A DNA stretch of 64,000 bases from an uncultured Thermoleophilia bacterium (GTDB taxonomy: Bacteria; Actinomycetota; Thermoleophilia; UBA2241). The notes beneath the pieces were generated by a model. That model saw nothing but the letters and a program-made list of their open reading frames with translations. It did not search any database and had not been told where the DNA came from. Location of the stretch: positions 644,098-708,097 of the forward strand of contig CAVPXV010000006.1 of assembly GCA_963709845.1 (NCBI GenBank). Reading direction: 5' to 3'. Shown here piece after piece: positions 56,746-64,000 of this stretch; the stretch's first letter is position 1; the number at the start of each line of letters is the position of its first letter. The position numbers were made by a program, and so were the translations under genes.

Positions 56746-59343
56746 ATGGCGGAGGACAGAACCAAGTCGGGAGCCAGCGGCGAGAAGACGCTGATCCGGG
56801 ATATCAGCTTCTGCGGCGTGCCGGAGAACGGCTCCAACGCGTCGATGGTGGACGTCAAGGACGGCAAGATCGTCCGCATCCGGCCGATGCACTACGACTG
56901 GAAATACAAGAAGGAAGACCTGAACCCCTGGAAGATGGAAGTGCGGGGCAGCACCTTCGAGCCCAGCATGAAGACCCTCATCCCTCCGTACAGCCTTGCG
57001 TACAAGAAACGCGTGTACTCGCCGGCGCGCATCCGCTACCCGATGATGCGCGTGGACTTCGACCCCGACGGCGAGCGCAACCCGCAGAACCGCGGCGTGA
57101 GCAAGTTCAAGCGCATCTCCTGGGACCGGGCGCTCGACGTCATCACCGGCGAGATGAACCGCATCAAGGAGAAGTACGGTCCCACCGCCCTCCTCTATCA
57201 GTGTGACCAGCACGGCGAGAACAAGGTCGTGCAGGCCTGCCACGGCGCCGGCCGCAAGCTGCTGCGCCAGTGGGGCGGCTTCACGCTGCAGATGCGCCAG
57301 CCCGACAGCTGGGAAGGCTGGTGGTGGGGCAGCAAGCACTTCTGGGGCTGCGAGCCCGTCGGCCAGGGGAAGCAGAGCAACCTGCTCTGGGACATCGCCA
57401 AGAACGCCGAGCTGCTCCTCTTCTGGGGCTGCGACCAGGAGACGACGCCCTGGGGCTGGCAGGGTCAGCTGCCGAGCCGCCTCAGCTACTGGTGGAGCGA
57501 GCTCGGCATCAAGCAGATCTACGTGTGCCCGGACCTCAACTACGCGGCCGCCGTGCACGCCGACCGCTGGATCCCGGTGCTGCCCAACACCGACGCCGCC
57601 CTCTACCTCGCCATCTGCTACCAGTGGTTCAAGGACGGCACCTACGACAAGGAGTACCTCGCCACGCACGCGGTGGGCGTCGAGAAGTTCGAGGCCTACG
57701 TCATGGGCGATGAAGACGGCGTCAAGAAGACGCCGGAGTGGGCGGCGGCGATCTGCGGGGTCCCCTCCCGCACCATCAAGGCCTTGGCCAAGGAGTGGGC
57801 GAGCAAGCGCACCACCGTGGTCATCGGCAACGGCGGGCCCGGCATCCGCGGCCCCTACGCCACCGAGCCGGCGCGCCTGCAGTGCATCTGCCTCGCCATG
57901 CAGGGCCTCGGCAAGCCGGGCGTCAACCAGGCCAAGATGATCGAGTGGGGTCTGTTCGACAAGCCCGACCAGTACGCCCAGCCCAAGCCGCTGCGCGTGC
58001 CGAACCTCCGCAAGGCCTACACCGGCGGCCACCCCGACGAGACCAATCACCCGTCGTTCCTCCCCAAGACGTACGTGCCCAAGGGCATCCTCGAGGGGGA
58101 GTGCGACTGGTGGGGCTGCGAGTCCGAGACCGCCGACCGCGCCAATCAGTTCGTGCACTACAGATACCCCGCCGACGGCTGCTCCAAGATCCACATGGTG
58201 TGGACCGACTCGCCCTCGTGGATCACCTGCTGGAACGGCGGCAACGACTACGTCAGAGCCATGCGCCACCCGGACATCGAGTTCATGTTCGCCCAGCATC
58301 CCTGGCTCGAGAACGACTGCCTGATGGCCGACATCATCCTGCCCGTGAACACCAAGCTCGAAGAGGACGACATCGCCGGCGACATCTTCAGCGGCCAGTA
58401 CAACCTGCTCTACCCGGAGCACAAGTGCATCGAGCCGGTGGGCGAGAGCTACAGCGACTACGAGATCGCCGTCATGATCGCCGAGCGCCTCGGCCTCAAG
58501 GAGGCGTATACCGGCGGCAAGTCCATCCCCGAGCTCATCAGACAAGGCTATGAGACCTCGCGCTGCGACGATCTCATCAGCTGGGAGGAGCTCAACGAGA
58601 AGGGCTACTACGCCGTGCCCACGGCCGATGGCTGGGAAGACGTGCCCGCCGGCTTCTACAACTTCTACAAGGACCCGGAGAAGTACCCGCTCACCACGCC
58701 GACCGGGAAGCTCGAGTTCGAGGCCACGGGTCTGGCCGACAACTTCCCCGACGACCTCGAGCGTCCGCCGGTCCCCAAGTGGGTCGCCCAGGGGATCAGC
58801 CACGAGGAGACCATCGGCACCAAGCGCTCCGAGAAGTATCCGCTGCTCGTGTGCTCCAACCACCCGCGCTGGAGCGTGCACTCCCAGCACGAAGACATCA
58901 CCTGGCTGCGCGAGATCAAGACCTGCAAGGTCACGGGCCCCGACGGCTACCAGTACCACCCCGTGTGGCTGAACCCGGCGGAGGCCGAGAGGCGCGGCAT
59001 CCGCCACGGCGACATCGTGTCGATCTTCAACGAGCGCGGCACCGTGCTCGGCGGTGCCTACGTCACCGAGCGCATCATGCCCGGCGTGGTCTACATCGAC
59101 CACGGCGCCAAGTGGGACCCCATCGTCCCCGGCGAGATCGACCGCGGCGGCGCGATCAACACCATCGTGCCGCGCAACACCACCTCCAAGAACGCCGTCG
59201 GTCACGCCGTGAGCGGCTTCCTCGTCGACATCGAGAAGACCGACATGGAGGAGCTCAAGCGCAAGTATCCGGAGGCCTTCGAGAAGCCGTTCCACCCGTG
59301 TGCCGGCCCCGGCCTCGAAGCCTGCGTCTGGGGGAGGGCGTGA
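56746..59343 (+). CDS. Copy 2 (intact) of the large molybdopterin subunit of a pyrogallol-phloroglucinol transhydroxylase-like DMSO-reductase-family enzyme (865 aa); no N-terminal Cys motif for an FS0 cluster
   Basis: ATG with GGAGG-N9. Single uninterrupted ORF. N-terminus lacks CxxCxxxC. Conserved blocks shared with copy 1 and, from memory, with the Pelobacter AthL alpha subunit (DGKIVRIRPM, SWEGWWWG, CIEPVGESYSDYEI ...). Confidence 0.9.
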   Translation: MAEDRTKSGASGEKTLIRDISFCGVPENGSNASMVDVKDGKIVRIRPMHYDWKYKKEDLNPWKMEVRGSTFEPSMKTLIPPYSLAYKKRVYSPARIRYPMMRVDFDPDGERNPQNRGVSKFKRISWDRALDVITGEMNRIKEKYGPTALLYQCDQHGENKVVQACHGAGRKLLRQWGGFTLQMRQPDSWEGWWWGSKHFWGCEPVGQGKQSNLLWDIAKNAELLLFWGCDQETTPWGWQGQLPSRLSYWWSELGIKQIYVCPDLNYAAAVHADRWIPVLPNTDAALYLAICYQWFKDGTYDKEYLATHAVGVEKFEAYVMGDEDGVKKTPEWAAAICGVPSRTIKALAKEWASKRTTVVIGNGGPGIRGPYATEPARLQCICLAMQGLGKPGVNQAKMIEWGLFDKPDQYAQPKPLRVPNLRKAYTGGHPDETNHPSFLPKTYVPKGILEGECDWWGCESETADRANQFVHYRYPADGCSKIHMVWTDSPSWITCWNGGNDYVRAMRHPDIEFMFAQHPWLENDCLMADIILPVNTKLEEDDIAGDIFSGQYNLLYPEHKCIEPVGESYSDYEIAVMIAERLGLKEAYTGGKSIPELIRQGYETSRCDDLISWEELNEKGYYAVPTADGWEDVPAGFYNFYKDPEKYPLTTPTGKLEFEATGLADNFPDDLERPPVPKWVAQGISHEETIGTKRSEKYPLLVCSNHPRWSVHSQHEDITWLREIKTCKVTGPDGYQYHPVWLNPAEAERRGIRHGDIVSIFNERGTVLGGAYVTERIMPGVVYIDHGAKWDPIVPGEIDRGGAINTIVPRNTTSKNAVGHAVSGFLVDIEKTDMEELKRKYPEAFEKPFHPCAGPGLEACVWGRA

Positions 59344-60170
59344 TGGGCAAGGTCCTCGTCATCGACCTCAACATCTGCAACGGCTGCTACAACTGCCAGG
59401 TGGCCTGCAAGGACGAGCACGTCGGCAACGACTGGTCACCTGTCGCCAGGCCGCAGCCCGACACGGGCCAGTTCTGGAACAAGGTCACCGACCTCGAGCG
59501 CGGCCAGGTGCCCAAGGTCAAGGTCACCTACATGCACAGCATCTGCCAGCACTGCGAGGAGGCGCCCTGCATCCCGGCCTGCAACGTCGACGCCATCTAT
59601 CGGCGCGACGACGGGGCCGTGATCATCGACCCCGACCGGTGCCGTGGCAACCAGCTGTGCCTCGAGGCGTGTCCCTTCGAGGACGTGATCTACTTCAACG
59701 ACTCGCTCAACATCGCCCAGAAGTGCACCTTCTGCGCGCACCTCCTGGACGACGGCTGGAGTGAGCCGCGCTGCGTCGACGCCTGCCCCACGGGCGCCTT
59801 CACGTTCGGCGACGAGGAGGACCCCGCGATGAAGGAGCTCGTCGCCAGGGCGGAGCCGCTCAAGCCCCACCTCGACGTCAAGCCGCGCGTCTTCTACGTC
59901 GGCCTGCCCAAGCCGTTCATCGCCGGCGCCGTGTTCGAGCCAGATACCGACGAGTGCACGGACGACGCCAGAGTCACGGCCACGAAGGTCGGCCACGGCA
60001 AGGTGTACGAGACGTCCACCGACAGCTACGGCGACTTCTGGCTCCGCGACGTGGAGCCCGGCGAGTACACCGTCCTCGTCGAGAAGGACGGCTACCTTTC
60101 GCAGAAGATGGGCCCCGTCGACGCGAGCAAGGACGTCAACGTCGGCGACATCGCCGTCTGGAAGGCGTGA
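59343..60170 (+). CDS. Copy 2 (intact) of the iron-sulfur beta subunit: three Cys4 ferredoxin motifs plus a C-terminal 90-aa beta-barrel (transthyretin/carboxypeptidase-regulatory-like) domain
   Basis: The ATG overlaps the alpha-2 stop (TGATG). CNGCYNCQVAC, CQHCEEAPCIPAC and CTFCAHLLDDGWSEPRCVDACP. C-terminal DECTDDARVTATKVGHGKVYETSTDSYGDFWLRDVEPGEYTVLVEKDGY. Confidence 0.85.
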   Translation: MGKVLVIDLNICNGCYNCQVACKDEHVGNDWSPVARPQPDTGQFWNKVTDLERGQVPKVKVTYMHSICQHCEEAPCIPACNVDAIYRRDDGAVIIDPDRCRGNQLCLEACPFEDVIYFNDSLNIAQKCTFCAHLLDDGWSEPRCVDACPTGAFTFGDEEDPAMKELVARAEPLKPHLDVKPRVFYVGLPKPFIAGAVFEPDTDECTDDARVTATKVGHGKVYETSTDSYGDFWLRDVEPGEYTVLVEKDGYLSQKMGPVDASKDVNVGDIAVWKA

Positions 60171-60208
60171 CGCCGGGCCGTCTGGAGCCTCGCGCCGCGT
60201 GAGAGCCG

Positions 60209-60244
60209 CAGAGAGGGCCGGGCCTTGCGGCCCGGCCCTCTCTG
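60209..60244. terminator. Terminator hairpin after beta-2 (16-bp perfect stem cagagagggccgggcc / ggcccggccctctctg, loop ttgc)
   Basis: Perfect inverted repeat 39 nt after the beta-2 stop. No U-tract. Confidence 0.5.
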
Positions 60245-60350
60245 CATCCGCGGCGCGAAACGCTTGCATTCCGCCGCTCCCGCACTATGATGCTGTGGTG
60301 TTCCACTGTTCGGACGGACGTTCCGTATAATGGAACGACGGGAGGATAAT

Positions 60351-61187
60351 GTGGCAGAGGCTCTGACCTCGGAAGAACTTGAGCGGATCGCGAACGACCT
60401 CCGCCGGCTGGTCGTGGAGACGCTGTGCCGCACACAGGCAGGTCACCCCGGCGGATCGCTGAGCGCCGCCGAGATCGTGACGGCGCTGTTCTTCTCGGTC
60501 ATGCGCGTCGACCCCCGGCGGCCCGACTGGGAGGAGCGCGACCGGTTCGTCCTCTCCAAGGGCCACGCGGCGCCCGTCTACTACGCGGCGCTGACGCGGC
60601 GCGGCTACTTCCCCGAGGAGATGCTGCAGACCTACGACGAGCTCGACTCGCTCCTGCAGGCCCATCCGGACATGCACTGCCCGGGCGTGGACATGAGTTC
60701 CGGCTCTCTGGGACAGGGTCTTTCCGTGGGCCTCGGCATGGCGCTCGGCATGCGCCTCAAGGGCCTCGACGCGCGAGTCTTCGTGCTCCTCGGCGACGGC
60801 GAGCTGCAGGAGGGTCAGATCTGGGAGGCCGCGATGGCCGCGCCCAAGTTCGCGGCCGACCACCTCGTGGCCATCGTCGACGACAACCGCGTCCAGCTCA
60901 TGGGTCACACGGCGGACGTGATGCCGGTGGACCCCATCGCCGACAAGTGGCGGGCGTTCAACTGGCACGTGATCGAGGTCGACGGCCACGACGCGCCGGC
61001 CCTCGTCGCCGCCTGCTCTGCGGCGCAGGCGCAGCGCGGGCGGCCGACGGTGATCATCGCACGCACCGTCAAGGGCAAGGGCGTGTCGTTCATGGAGGAC
61101 ACGCACGAGTGGCACTGCGCCCCGGTGACCGAGGATCTCAAGGAGCAGGCGCTCAGCGAGCTCTGCGCCCCGGAGCCGCGCGCATGA
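60351..61187 (+). CDS. Transketolase, N-terminal (thiamine diphosphate-binding) subunit of a split enzyme
   Basis: GTG at 60351 with GGGAGG 5 nt upstream; the tracked ATG at 60330 has no RBS. GDGELQEG and HPGGSLSAAEI ThDP motifs. Confidence 0.85.
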   Translation: MAEALTSEELERIANDLRRLVVETLCRTQAGHPGGSLSAAEIVTALFFSVMRVDPRRPDWEERDRFVLSKGHAAPVYYAALTRRGYFPEEMLQTYDELDSLLQAHPDMHCPGVDMSSGSLGQGLSVGLGMALGMRLKGLDARVFVLLGDGELQEGQIWEAAMAAPKFAADHLVAIVDDNRVQLMGHTADVMPVDPIADKWRAFNWHVIEVDGHDAPALVAACSAAQAQRGRPTVIIARTVKGKGVSFMEDTHEWHCAPVTEDLKEQALSELCAPEPRA

Positions 61188-62146
61188 CCGCGCTGGTGGC
61201 CATGCGCGACGCCTTCGGCGCGGCGCTCGTCGAGGTAGGGCGGCAGGACCCTCGCGTCGTCGCCGTCGACGCGGACCTCGCCTCCTCCGGCAAGGTGGAC
61301 CAGTTCGCGGCGGCCTTCCCGGAGCGCTTCTTCCAGATGGGCATCGCCGAGCAGAACATGACGGGCGTGGCGGCCGGCCTGGCGGCCATGGGCCTCATCC
61401 CGTTCACGAACTCGTTCGCCGTGTTCGCGACGCTGCGCGTCGCCGACCAGATCCGCGTGTCGATCGCCCAGCCCCGCCTGCCGGTGAAGATCGCCGGCGC
61501 CTACAGCGGCCTGCTCGCCGGCAAGACCGGCAAGACCCATCAGGCCATCGAGGACATCGCCGTCATGCGCGCCCTGCCCAACATGACCGTGGTGGCTCCC
61601 GGGGACGGCGTCGAGGTGCGCAAGGCGATGCAGGCGATCGTCGCCTACGACGGGCCGGTGTACCTGCGCCTGACGCGCGATCCCAGCCCGGTCGTCTTCG
61701 ACGACGCCTACGAGTTCAGGCTCGGTCGCGCCGCGCTGGTGCGCGAGGGCAGGGACGTGACCGTGATCACCACCGGCATCATGCTCGGCCGGGCCGTCGA
61801 GGCGGCCGACGTGCTCGCCGCGGAGGGCGTCTCGGTGCATCTCCTGCACGTGCACACGGTCAAGCCGCTCGACGTGCAAGCGGTCGCCGAGGCGGCCGAG
61901 AAGACGGGCCTCGTCGTCACCGCCGAGGAGCACACCATCATCGGCGGCCTCGGCGGCGCCGTCGCCGAGGCGCTCGCCGAGCATCGGCCGACGCCGATGA
62001 AGCGCGTCGGGGTCGCCGACGTGTACAGCGAATCGGCGCCCGACCAGGACCTGCTGCAGAAGTACGGCCTCACGGCCGGTCATATCGCCCAGGCCGCCCG
62101 CTCCCTCATGGAGCGGCGGGCGGCCCACACTCAGGACCACATCTGA
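61184..62146 (+). CDS. Transketolase, C-terminal (pyrimidine-binding plus C-terminal domain) subunit
   Basis: The ATG overlaps the upstream stop (ATGA). FFQMGIAEQNMTGVAAGLA and the rest of the transketolase C-terminal subunit signature. Confidence 0.85.
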   Translation: MTALVAMRDAFGAALVEVGRQDPRVVAVDADLASSGKVDQFAAAFPERFFQMGIAEQNMTGVAAGLAAMGLIPFTNSFAVFATLRVADQIRVSIAQPRLPVKIAGAYSGLLAGKTGKTHQAIEDIAVMRALPNMTVVAPGDGVEVRKAMQAIVAYDGPVYLRLTRDPSPVVFDDAYEFRLGRAALVREGRDVTVITTGIMLGRAVEAADVLAAEGVSVHLLHVHTVKPLDVQAVAEAAEKTGLVVTAEEHTIIGGLGGAVAEALAEHRPTPMKRVGVADVYSESAPDQDLLQKYGLTAGHIAQAARSLMERRAAHTQDHI

Positions 62147-62155
62147 GGAGGAGCC

Positions 62156-63253
62156 ATGGAGTTGCTGTCCACCAACCTGCCAGACCTCTACTTCGAAGAC
62201 ACGCCCGTCGGGCGCATGTTCAAGGAACTGTGGGAGGCCGACGACGCGGCCATCGACGCGGTGCTCGACGACTTCGGCATCCCCTCGCCGTGCGAGTGGG
62301 CCAAACCGGGAAGCTATCTGCAGACCACGATCCGCGCCCAGGTCGAGCGGCAGCGTCGCCAGAACGACGTCGTGCTCATCCCGGTCGGCTGCACCGAGAA
62401 CCATGGCCGCCAGACGGTGAGCGCCATGGACACACTGTTCGTGAGCCATCTCTGCGAGGCGGTGCGGCGCCGCTCGGTGAAGCACAACGGGCACGGGCCG
62501 GCCATCGCCCTGCCGCCGCTCATGTACGGCGGCCATCCGTACCACCACATCGGCATGCCCGGCACCGTGATGCTGCGCGAGTCGGTCGTCGAGGAGACCC
62601 TGGTCGACGTCATGCTCGGCCTCTGGAACGACGGCTTCCGCAAGATGGTGATCGTCAACAACCACGGTCACCTCTGGATGCTCGAGACGGCCCTGCACAA
62701 GTTCCTCAAGCGCTATCAGGTCCCGGCCGTCGTGCGCGTCATCGACTGGCACGTCTCTGTCAAGGACTTCTTCCGCACCACCGAGCAGGGCGGCTGGTGG
62801 GACACGCCGTTCATCCACGCCGACGAGGCCGAGACCTCACTCGGGCTGCTCCTCTTCCCCGAGATGGTCGACATGGAGCAGGCGGTCGAGACCGAGACCA
62901 AGCAGTACATGCCGCTCGGCCACTTCAACAACTCGGTGGACGGCTACTGCCGCCCGCAGCGCTGGTCGCAGGCGGAAGGGCACTTCGCCATCGAGTTCTT
63001 CGGCACGCCGGAAGGCGTCGTCGGCAAGCCGACGCACGCCGCGGCCTGGAAGGCCAAGCGCCCGGTCGCGGCCTTCTGCAAGTACCTGACGATGATCGTG
63101 GACGACATCCTCGCGACGTTCCCGGCCGGCGCCGTCCCGCCGGTCGAGGAGACCACCTTCCGTACGGCCGCCGAGATGGAGCCGTTCCTGCGCGAGCCGC
63201 TGAGCGAGGGCTGGAAGCCGATCTTCGCCCTGCCCTGGATCGGCCAGCATTGA
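62156..63253 (+). CDS. Creatininase-family (creatinine amidohydrolase-like) metal-dependent hydrolase, extended 365-aa form
   Basis: GAGGAGGAG RBS. VLIPVGCTENHGRQTVSAMDTLFV resembles the creatininase block PVGS.EQHG.HLP..TD. The family call is tentative. Confidence 0.6.
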   Translation: MELLSTNLPDLYFEDTPVGRMFKELWEADDAAIDAVLDDFGIPSPCEWAKPGSYLQTTIRAQVERQRRQNDVVLIPVGCTENHGRQTVSAMDTLFVSHLCEAVRRRSVKHNGHGPAIALPPLMYGGHPYHHIGMPGTVMLRESVVEETLVDVMLGLWNDGFRKMVIVNNHGHLWMLETALHKFLKRYQVPAVVRVIDWHVSVKDFFRTTEQGGWWDTPFIHADEAETSLGLLLFPEMVDMEQAVETETKQYMPLGHFNNSVDGYCRPQRWSQAEGHFAIEFFGTPEGVVGKPTHAAAWKAKRPVAAFCKYLTMIVDDILATFPAGAVPPVEETTFRTAAEMEPFLREPLSEGWKPIFALPWIGQH

Positions 63254-63296
63254 CCGCGGGCGGCGTGACCTGCGGGGCGCGCGGAGCGAGCCCGGC

Positions 63297-64000
63297 GTGA
63301 CCTGGCGCGCGTGCATCGCGACGTCGGCGGCGCCGACCGGCTTCGGCCCGCTGCTGTTCGCCGGGCGGGTGCGCGAGGCGGTCCGGGTCTCGCGCGAGCT
63401 CGGCTTCGAGGGCATCGAGATCGCCATGCGCGCGCCCGAGGAGCTCGAGCGCCGTGAGCTCGACTCCCTGCTCGACGGATCGGGCCTGCGTTTGGCGGCG
63501 CTGGGCAGCGGGCGCGCCTTCCTCCAGGACGGCCTCTCGCTGACCGACCCCGACGAGGCGGGCAGGGCGCGCGCCATCGACCGCATGGTCGAGCTCGCCG
63601 CCTACGCCGCCGCGTTCGAGGCGCCGCTCATCATCGGCCTCGTGCGCGGCAAGGCGCCGGCAGACGGCGACCTCGGCGCCACTCTCGAGCGCTTCGTCGC
63701 GAGCATGAAGGAGTGCGTCGCCCGCACGGCCGCGGCGGGTGGCCGGTACACGGTCGAGGCCATCAACAGATACGAGACGCCGCTGCTTTGCACCGCGGCC
63801 GAGACCGTGGCGGCGGTGGAGCTCATCGGCAGCCCCGCCGTCTCCGTCCTCCTCGACGTCTTCCACATGAACATCGAGGAGGTCTCGCTGGGGGCGGCCA
63901 TCCGCGCCGCCGGCGGGCGCCTCGGCCACTTCCACCTCGTGGACAGCAACCGCCGGGCCGCCGGGATGGGGCACGTCGACTTCGCGGAGGTGACGGCGGC
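63297..64000 (+). CDS. Sugar phosphate isomerase/epimerase (xylose-isomerase-like TIM barrel); 3' end lies beyond the window
   Basis: Not in the ORF track because there is no stop inside the window. GTG at 63297; the start is uncertain. GFEGIEIAM, RYETPLLCTAAETVAAVELIG and VLLDVFHMNIEE are typical AP-endonuclease-2/IolE-like TIM motifs. Confidence 0.6.
   Translation, partial: MTWRACIATSAAPTGFGPLLFAGRVREAVRVSRELGFEGIEIAMRAPEELERRELDSLLDGSGLRLAALGSGRAFLQDGLSLTDPDEAGRARAIDRMVELAAYAAAFEAPLIIGLVRGKAPADGDLGATLERFVASMKECVARTAAAGGRYTVEAINRYETPLLCTAAETVAAVELIGSPAVSVLLDVFHMNIEEVSLGAAIRAAGGRLGHFHLVDSNRRAAGMGHVDFAEVTA

Noticed and set aside
1-64000. CRISPR arrays, IS elements/transposases, integrases, prophage genes and rRNA
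   Set aside because: No regularly spaced direct repeats, no DDE/tyrosine-recombinase-like ORFs and no rRNA-like segments were found on either strand. The only tandem repeat is the in-frame 102-bp duplication inside larC.

Overview
This is a 64-kb chromosomal segment from a very high-GC (about 70%) bacterium, most consistent with an actinobacterium. TreT plus OtsA, an SPPY beta-class methyltransferase and TAGAAT -10 boxes make Rubrobacter-like a plausible guess, but that is only a guess. The six-frame track is dominated by spurious ORFs that run through stop-poor GC-rich DNA. After filtering by protein content I support about 60 protein genes and one tRNA-Gly(CCC). Blocks: (1) gatC', cspA, tetR, patA, a compositionally odd 2-gene cassette (hypothetical protein + metallophosphoesterase), an APC permease and lrp. 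(2) fhs-fchA-folD-nuoE-like-nuoF-like operon behind a strong sigma70-type promoter. (3) larC with an internal 102-bp tandem repeat, a GT4 glycosyltransferase translationally coupled to an orphan m4C/m6A methyltransferase, and treT-otsA followed by a degenerate thioredoxin-like gene. (4) alpha/beta hydrolase, dtxR-feoB-immA, tRNA-Gly, M55/M42 peptidases, a blaI-like repressor, argS, rlmH and a GGDEF protein. (5) 5-FCL, a flavoprotein, an IclR regulator and a liv-type ABC operon (K-G-F-H-M). (6) A catabolic/molybdoenzyme island: BKACE-cupin-cyclase, hbd, 2 SDRs, 3 IclR regulators plus an IclR remnant, two paralogous pyrogallol-transhydroxylase-like Mo-bisMGD alpha/beta modules, mobAB, modABC, mobB, tal, split tkt, a creatininase-family protein and a sugar-phosphate isomerase. 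A palindromic motif ATGCGG-N9/10-CCGCAT recurs upstream of operons in this island. At least 20 single-base frameshifts, almost all +1 insertions, interrupt argS, tal, four liv genes, one molybdoenzyme copy and others, while operon junction overlaps remain intact. This looks more like indel error than gene decay, but it is concentrated in a few loci. No CRISPR array, integrase, transposase or rRNA was found.
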